Shown here: piece by piece, positions 55,449 to 64,000 of the stretch
Layout of the letters: the number at the start of each line of letters is the position of its first letter
Numbering within the stretch: position 1 is the first letter of the stretch
Assembly: GCF_001194135.2 (NCBI RefSeq)
Contig: NC_068985.1
Location: 29,469,415 to 29,533,414 of the forward strand
Reading direction: 5' to 3'
DNA: 64,000 bases
From: Octopus bimaculoides
Lineage: Eukaryota
Notes under the pieces: model-generated
What the model was told of the DNA's origin: nothing
Databases searched by the model: none
The model's input: only the letters and a program-made list of their open reading frames with translations
Translations under genes and position numbers: made by a program

Positions 55449-56862
55449 CTACAGAAAATACAAGCACATCAGAATCCTGACAGCTACAATGTATACACCC
55501 ACAACTATATACAATCAAAATCTTTCATGCTATGATCATACTTGCCACACAGAATGTCACACAATCAAAGATATGCGCATTATACACACTGCACTGGAGA
55601 CATGATGTCCTGGTCTCCTTTACCAGCACCAAGATATAATCATAATCATTACAATCTAACAAAGAAGCAATCTGGTAACACTACACCTTTCCTACACATT
55701 AATAACACACAAATAAAAGTCATAAATTTACTACAATTGTTGGGCTTCACAATGTCTGATCTTTTTCGTGGTGGCTATAGATGTATAACAGAGCCAAACT
55801 GCATCCCAAAAGCTATGCTCTTCTTCAGAGGCATAAAATAATTCAGTTGCTGACTCTCTGCAGTGCATAAATGTGACCCATATTAAAATATCATTCTCAT
55901 ATCTAGGATGATGCTGCTGCTGCACACACACACACACACACGCACACACATACCACATAGTGGTATGTCCTGCATTATAACGGCGTATCTTCATTGTCTG
56001 CGTCACTGGCCCGTACAGTGTACTTCACCAACTGGCACTGCTTGCTGTGTCTGTCCACTATTTATCAGTAGTGGAACAGCCCACTTCTCACTTGGGGGCA
56101 TCTGCCACAACATATACATACACATATGTACATACACAAACAACGGTGATGAACGACGATGATGAAACATCCTAGACTTCATTCAAAACAAGGTTATCCA
56201 GCTGACTTGCAAAGAGTCATTCACCTACACACTACAACCACTAGCTTACATGCATGCAGTTTCATCTACCATTACTATAATGTCTTTTACACCTCTGAAC
56301 TTTGCTGTGACCTCCACCAATCCCACCAATACACCCATCTTTCTTCTATGTTAGCAGAAAGATAAAATCAGCTGTATTACAACTCGAGTTTGAGGCCATC
56401 TTTATAAAGATTGCTAAAAAGTGTGGAACACATTTACAAAGATGCTTTAAGTATAAATCAATAATAATCTTATCTAGTTTAAATATAAAATTTCTCTAAC
56501 AATAGATTTACCAATATTTGGTAAATATATCTCTTTATAGAAGTACTGTTCCATGACCGAAACCATAATGGTTGGAACAAGCAAAAAATAATCAAAAAAA
56601 TTTTTTTAAACATAAGAACCAACTAACAAAGAAATAAAAAAATTAGCATATGGTTTTGCATCAGGATTGAAATGAAACGCTAAGCTCAAACTTGGGTTGT
56701 TCTATTTTAAATACACCATATAGAAAAAAACATTTGTTTTGTCCTTCTCAAACATTTTTGAGTGTAGTGGATACAACAGAAAGGCTAAAGCCATTGTAAG
56801 TTCAAACCAACAGCAGAATTACAAGTAATCAAAGTAAAAGACAAATATTACTGACTTCTTAC

Positions 56863-56874
56863 ATACAATTCCTG
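56863..56874 (-). CDS. Candidate 12-nt (or 9-nt via NAGNAG) microexon
   Basis: CTTTTTGCTTACTCAG|CAG|GAATTGTAT|GTAAGA; open in phase 2. Signal-only evidence. Confidence 0.25.
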
Positions 56875-57434
56875 CTGAGTAAGCAAAAAGCCAAATTTTT
56901 TCTATAATTAAGTAGCAATACAGTTGACTGAATCGTCCTAGTATATTACTGATAGATATTTTCATTGATTCTGGAACGTTTATTCTTCTTATGACTTTCA
57001 GGCAGCATGTTGTTAGAAAAAATATTTTCTTCTTTAGTGCAAAGTGTTAAAGACAAAACAGAAAAGTTAGTCTTCTTTAAAACGTCACCCGTAATAGACT
57101 GTTGCAACACCTATAATCCATTCATTCATTTAAGCAAACAAGAGAAAGAGAGAGTTGTTACAGTCCAACTCCAGGTTATTCCTGAGTAAGTCTAAGATCA
57201 AAAGCTTTCCAACTATGACCATCCTGTCTTTTTCTTTAGTATTGTACATCTAGAATGTTTCCACATTTTGAGGCGATAGGATGTCACTCAAGAGAGTTCT
57301 GGTCTCTATTTCTAGTAAATCAGGGCCACATAAATACGCTTTCATGATAACAAAAAGGTTAAAATTGGAAAGTGGAGACTGGGAAGCATACCACACACAC
57401 ACACAACACATATATGTATATGTATATATATATG

Positions 57435-57484
<50 letters not shown>

Positions 57485-57799
57485 GGATGTAGTTGTAAGG
57501 GTGCTGTCATGACATACAACATGTCTTGCACATTTTTTTTATTTGGTGTGTGTGTGTGTGTGTGTGCATACACACATACATACATGTTGGACCATTGAAA
57601 TCTACAAGTTTTTTTCATTCTCTCTCATTATGTTCTCTTATTCTTTTCTGTTGAAGAGCAGAGGGTCGACTTTTTCATTTTTCCAGGGCATGAAACTAAT
57701 ACACTTGCTTGTTGCTCATACACCTGTCTTCATCTTTTGTTTTTCTATAAATTTCAACTATATATATATATATATATATGTACACACACACACATACAA

Positions 57800-59150
57800 A
57801 GATGCGATGTGAGACAGTAAAAGTAACAGCAAAACTCAACAGAAGCATCCGGTGAGACAGAGGAGAAGTCAAGCCTGAAGGCAAACAATAATGCCCAGAG
57901 CCTCCAGTTGCCGCTAAATGTCTGCTGTTTGATCCACCGGTTGGCTACAGTCTACTGACCCATCCTAGTACCCAGTGATCCCATTCCCCAAAGATATTTG
58001 ATGATGATGTTGATCAAATATTGGAAAGAACTGCCAGGGGAGATGTGGACCACTGGCTGAAAACTGGCCACCATCATAGTGAAACTCACAACTGAGCAAT
58101 TTCGGATAGAGGAGGCCAAGTCTCCAACGACATTTCATTTCTGGATAGCCCCAATAGATATCAAAACAGCTTCTTGGTCAGATAAGGATCAGCCACTTGA
58201 CTGTTCCAGAGACACCATCAACAAGCACCTCACAAGAAGTGAAAGTGACATTAAAAGAGACCAATTACAGGAATTCAATTTGGAGGAGCTTTGCCTGAAA
58301 GAAGCAAAGGATAGAGGAAAAAGGGTGAAAAATAAGAGTGGAGTCCCTTGCAAAGTTTACACAATATCTATCCAAAGCTAATCCATCAGCTTTAGAGAGC
58401 CCTAAAAGTGAGAATTAACACCAGGTGTACCATCTTGGTGTCTTTTGCACTGACAATGAACATGCTGGAAAAGTCAACAGAGAAGATACTGGGGATCTTT
58501 CAGCAAGACAGCAATAAAGTAACCATACATAAGAGCCTCCATGGATGATCTCACAGTGACAACAAAAGTGCAGGGAGCCAAATGAATCTACTAGTAGAGA
58601 AGCTTGTGGCATGGATGTAAATAAGTTTCAAACTTTCACCAACAAGAACTGATACAAGGTAGAAGGCCAGGTCCTGTTTGTCATGCATACACACATGAAA
58701 AGAGAAAAACAGTGAAGAATTTTGAGAAGGCTTTCAACTTCAGTCCGAAGAACACTGATTCCATCAAGGCAACCAGAACAAGTCAAGAGCTATAGATAAG
58801 TCTAGATTACCAGAAAGATTAAAAGCTTGGGTTTACCAACAGGGGTCCTCCTTTTGCTCATCTATGATGATAGTTTAGGGCTTGGAGTGTAAGGTGAACA
58901 ACCATTCTCAGAGATGGCTAGAGTTGTCACATAACTCACTAAGTATTGGGCTGTACAGAAGGAGCAACAGCTCAAGCTTCCATTTAGTTTTGTCAGGGAG
59001 GAACTCAGTGACACAGCACACTGGTTCAGGGTACATCAAAGTGTCTGGTGCAAGCAATGCAGAGAGAACAGAGAGGAAGTCAAGATAGCCCAGCAGGCAG
59101 TGGAGTGGCTGAAATATAAGGCACTTCTTAGAAGTGGGGCATAGAATACG
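57800..59150 (+). mobile_element. Heavily decayed RLE-type LINE, Hero/NeSL-like
   Basis: GVPCKVY, LPERLKAWVYQQG and RWLELSHNSLSIGLYRRSN resemble Hero-type ORF motifs (recalled consensus LPGKFKAWIYQHG, RWLGLPRSLSSIALY). Confidence 0.6.
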
Positions 59151-59170
59151 GTCATATTTGAAAGCACATA

Positions 59171-59180
59171 TATGTTTGTT

Positions 59181-59220
<40 letters not shown>

Positions 59221-59290
59221 TGTGTGTGTGTGTGTGTGCACGTGTGTGTGTGTGCATGTGTGTGTGTACATGTGTTTGTGCAGATGTGTA
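59171..59290. repeat. (TG)n microsatellite
   Basis: Direct reading; many further (TA)n, (CA)n and (TG)n tracts occur across the window. Confidence 0.97.
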
Positions 59291-62039
59291 TGTGCATTAC
59301 TGACTTTTTGCCTTGGCAGTGTGTCATAGTTGTAAACAAGTGATATCAAGCAAACAGCATCCTTTGTTTCCCATCTTCCATGAAAACACACATGGTCATG
59401 GGGAAATATTACTTTACTTGGAAACAAGTGATGGTTGGCAACACAAAGAGTATCCAGCCAGAGCCTTAACAAACTTTATCCAGCCCTTGTGAGCATGGAT
59501 ATTAATGTGATGATGACAATATATACACATCATCATCATTTAACGTCTGTTTTCCATCCTGACAGATTGACCGGAGTTGGTAAGCAGGAGAGCTGCACAT
59601 GGTTCCATTTATCCATTTGGATTTGGTTTCTACAGCTGGATGCTTTTCCTAATGCCAACCACTTTACAGAGTGTACTAGGTTTCTTTTATGTGTCACCAG
59701 TACAGTTTCCTTTTATGTGTTACCGGCACAGGTGCCTTTTATATGTCACATCAGCACAGGTTATAACCATGATTTCACTTAGCTTGACATGTCTTCTCAA
59801 GGACATGTATACAAACACTCATAGATATATATGTTGATCATGATAAATATATATATAATAAATCTACAAGAGAATGCAGGGGTCATTAACTACATACTTC
59901 CAGCCTGTAATGACATACACATCACCGCATTTTCATCATCACATAACTCAGTCAGAATTCTAGTCAGAATTTGGATCATGCCAATAAGGTGAAGATGATC
60001 TTTAAGATCCAAAGACATATCTACTGCCAATAAAGTTATAGGCTTGTGGCTGTGGGAGCAGCATGATTGTCAGCTGCCATTGAAAATACCCAAAATAGTC
60101 AACACCCTTTTTTGCATAAAGGGTACCTTTCTCCTAAAAAAAATACTTAATTGAAAGCTAAGGTTTACCTTACTCCCAGAGATCTTCTTATAGCAAGCCT
60201 GATGCTAACCTTGAATTTTTAATTCCCCCAATGCTGGATACATCTGTCTAGCAGGGTTTCTAGCAACCCTCCTTAACAGGCTAATTTAGTGGTTCAATTT
60301 TGTAGCCTACAGTTGATCATACAATATATTGCACTCCATTACATTATTAACTGTAACATTTACATGCATTTCTGAGTGAGTGTCTGTAATTTTGTTTACA
60401 CAGGCACAAGTGGTTAAGTTATTGTCAGTTGCCAGTCACAAAAACCATCTGCCAGTTTCACACCATCAAAACAATACATATATATATATGTTACAATCGT
60501 CATTTAACATTCATGTTCCATGGGATGGGTTGGATCGTTTGACAGGATCTGATGGAACCAAAGGACTGCATCATACTCCAGTATCTGTGTTGCCATGGTT
60601 TCTATGGATGGATGTCCTTCCTAATGTCTTGTGAGTAGACATATATATATAAACATAGGCACACAAAATACAAGAATATTAACAGAAAGTAGACTGTTTG
60701 TAGTAGATGCACAGGAACAATAAACACTAAGAACAAGAAATACATTTCCTCAAATGCCCAGGAGGATCCTTAGAGGTAGTAGAGAGTTTCTATTACCTAG
60801 ATGACCTAATTAGCAGTGCACAAAGATGTTCTGAAAGTATAGTAGCTAGAATAAGAATAGGATAGAGAAAAGTTTTACCTCTTTTAAGAAAAAAAAACTC
60901 CCCCCCACCTCTCTCTCTCTCTCTCTCAGTGAGAAAAACAGATTGTATGATGTTTGTGTATAAACAGCAATGCTACACGGTAGTGAAATAGGAGCTGTGA
61001 ATACAGAGGATACGCAAAGATTAGAAAAAAATTAAGCTAGCATGCTCCTCTGGATGTACAGTGTAAGTGTGCATGTACAATAAAGTGTAAATGTGTTGAG
61101 AGAGAAATTGGGCATAAGAAATTTGAAGCATAATGTGCAAGACAGAAGACGGCACCAGTATGGTCATGTGACATATATGGACGAGAACAGTTGCATAAAG
61201 AAGTGCCAATTGCTAAATGTCAATGAAACTTGCGGAAGACGGTGACCCATGAAGACATGGGACAAAGTAGTGATGACCAGGCTCAGGGTGTTGAGCCTCA
61301 TAGATGAGACGACAAAGGACTGACATGATTGGCAATTCACCATTCTCAAGAAGACCCATTCGTCTCATCAGAAAATGAGGTCCTAAAAACATATCATTTA
61401 TATCTATGCACCCTCACCACTTGCAACCAATCTATACCTGTTAAACCTTTCCCATAATTTATCTTTGTAACATCCATCCCTTCAAACTATTTCCTCAGCT
61501 ACTATAAGAGCAGAACTGTGAATATTCCATCTCCACTTTTGTGCTATCAGTTATCCCTCTGCTTGGGCCACTTCCCTTGTCACTCATCCTGCATTCTCAA
61601 CATCGTCCCTTACCACTTTTATGTTTCACTGAATGCCTGATCAGCCTCTCATATCTGCCATCGATGTACTCTTACCTTTTTAGTCACTATATCTACCCAT
61701 ATGTACTTCTGACCTACGTTTCTGTCACTGTTGCTTTTTTATGTATTGCCACCTCCTCCTCACTGAGCTACTCTTATTTTGTTTCACCTCCCACTTCAGC
61801 CAAACTGAGATTCACCACTGACCACACTTCCACCCATGTTTACCATTCACTTCTATCCCCATCTCTAACGTTTGTCACTTTCCTTTCACATTCTTACAAC
61901 CCTACCCATCACCCAGCCATCTTAAATTCTCTATCTATTCTCTCTTTATCCACACTTTGACGCATAATCTCCACTATCCTTTCTCCTTCTCACTGGGATA
62001 GCTATTAATCTCCTCCATAACAAGACACCTGTTCGTGTC

Positions 62040-63860
62040 CCTTTATCGTACTTTGGCCTTTCAACAACTGGCACAAGGTCACCCCCTCAATATTATACTT
62101 CCACTCAGTCGAGATCACCACGTAACTCCATCAAATTTACTTGGCGACTTCCTTAGCGCTGGTGTAACGAAACAAGCAACCAATTAAGTGGTTGACGATA
62201 GGAAGGGCATCCGACTGTAGAAACAATGCCAGAGGAGACATCGTGAATTGAACACTGTCCTCTAAGAGCTCGTCGGATACTGTCAAACCGTCCGACCCAT
62301 GCCCACATGGAATATGAACGTTAAATGGTGTCTCACACACGCACATTACGTAGAAATGCATATATATATAGATGTGTGTGTGTGTGTGTGTGTTATCATA
62401 AATAAAGTATATATATATATATATATATATATATCATAAATATATATAAGTATATATATCATATATATATCATAAATAATATATATAAGCATTATACAAC
62501 TACAAGATTGCCTACAGTATATACATATGAAACATACATTATCATTACATACATTCAAACATACACACACACACACACATATATATACGCACTTAGATGC
62601 GACCCTCACACATGAGTAAACATCTATGTAAACATTACGTGAGTGAGTGTCGATGAGTTCTCTTTCGTGTGTATATTAGAGGTGTTTTTGTTTTTATTTT
62701 TTTTTTGTTTAGGTATAAATAACATGCATGCGTGTACATAAACAGTGTACGTATAATGATTTGAAAGACTGCAAATAATTTTCACCAAGTACCTATACAG
62801 AGAAGAAGAAAAAAATGAGAGACATACAATAATAGCAATAGCAAAGAATATGGTAACCAATTAAATTAGACACGGAGCTTTAAACGTTCGTCAAAACTCA
62901 ATTATAATTAGGAAGAGAAAGACAGAAAGCATCTTAGATCGGATTTATTTATGAAATTACTTCGATATCACCTGACATTATTTTATTTTTTTAATTTTTT
63001 TTTTTTTAAATAGATAGCTTTAGTTTCTTAGCTTCGTAGGTAATGCTTCATTTCCATAAACAAAAAGTATGTACGAATAATCACAGACGGAAAAGTATAT
63101 ATATATATAAATAGAGTGGGGGAAAAAAAACATGGACTATACTTACTGTCTGTGAAGAGGTTTCGGGGAATGGCGCCGGTCCTGGTTTTTGTGTCCGATT
63201 TTCGGACTTCTTGGGGGTGTAATATCAACCATTAATCCCGAATCCCTTCCGTGAGAAGAACTTTGGTTAGGAGTTGAAAAAGCAGCATTATAAGGAGTAC
63301 TGGACATCGATGAAGATGACTGGTGATGTTCACGGTGTTGTAAAACTCCAGGAGTGTCGGCTGCTAAATCCAAATTATCTTCATCCCTGTGTCCCAACTC
63401 CAGTAAACTTCGAGCGTGTTGTTTATTCATGGTTCAAACTTAATACCTCGTCCAAATTAGGTAATTAATTTTGGTGAGAAAACTGTCTAAAATGACGTTA
63501 TTCCTTTCCCTCTCAAACTACTTTCGGTAGCAGTTCTTTCATGTTTACTAATGCTGCGACCATCATCTGATGATGATGGCTAGCTAACTTCTTCACGCAG
63601 ACTATCCTTTTTACAACGTTAGGATTTTTCTTTCCGAGAAATATTATCTCAAAAAAATTACTTAAATGTGAATGCAAAAATGGAAATATTCCTTTCTGAA
63701 TCCCAAAGCTGGGAAAATGCTATTTTGTTCATAGTTTCTTATTCAGGAAAATGCAATGCTTTCTTCCCCTTAGAGACGAAGACAGTCAGTAGATGGCGCT
63801 TGAGTCGAGAACAATCGGCTGCTATTATTAAGTTGTCAGCCATTCCAATGTGAGAAATAT
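62040..63860. promoter_or_regulatory. CpG-retaining region around the first exon; likely promoter/5' UTR zone
   Basis: CG dinucleotides are visibly frequent here (by eye, not counted), unlike most of the window. Surrounds the ATG exon. Confidence 0.5.
63147..63430 (-). CDS. First coding exon of an unidentified large minus-strand gene (94 codons + 2 nt; Ser/Pro/His-rich, probably disordered N-terminus)
   Basis: ATG at 63430 in AACCATGA context with an in-frame TGA two codons upstream. Open frame MNKQHARSLLELGHRDED...DITPPRSPKIGHKNQDRRHSPKPLHR with raised GC and CpG. Ends at a canonical donor ACA|GTAAGT (phase 2). No repeat similarity seen. Confidence 0.85.
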
Positions 63861-63932
63861 AAGAAACTATTACAGTAATATATCCACACACACACACACG
63901 TGTACACACATTTATATTCGATAATATATATA

Positions 63933-64000
<68 letters not shown>

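Noticed and set aside
55960-56110. GC-richer block starting TGTGG on the minus strand as a solo LTR
   Set aside because: No matching end, target-site duplication, primer-binding site or second copy was found.
61330-61375. CTGATGA-GAC...GTC on the minus strand as a hammerhead
   Set aside because: No GAAA follows stem II.
63147-63430. Gene identity guesses (AMPK gamma, Kv-beta, PDE4, PFTAIRE kinase)
   Set aside because: Only superficial short-motif resemblance; no diagnostic domain is present in the window.

Overview
AT-rich, repeat-dense metazoan genomic DNA with four N-gaps. The SINE and LINE families resemble those of octopus (coleoid cephalopod); this is inferred from recalled repeat sequences, not a search. 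The window appears to be mostly intronic sequence of one large minus-strand gene that I cannot name. Its ATG-containing coding exon is at 63147-63430, and one fairly convincing 45-nt exon at 7001-7045 joins it in frame, implying an intron of up to about 56 kb. Several 9-19 nt microexon candidates lie in between. The rest is decayed transposons: two mariners, a maT/DD37D-like element with a nested MITE, a Tigger/pogo, RTE, R4/Dong and Hero-like LINEs, a young GC-rich ORF1-like fragment, tRNA-derived SINEs, MITEs and microsatellites. The most notable structures are a 110-bp near-perfect fold-back, an inverted duplication across a small gap, an old duplication with differing SINE content, hammerhead-like motifs and a CpG contrast marking the gene 5' end. 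I found no evidence for a new multi-gene system; most ORFs in the supplied track are spurious.
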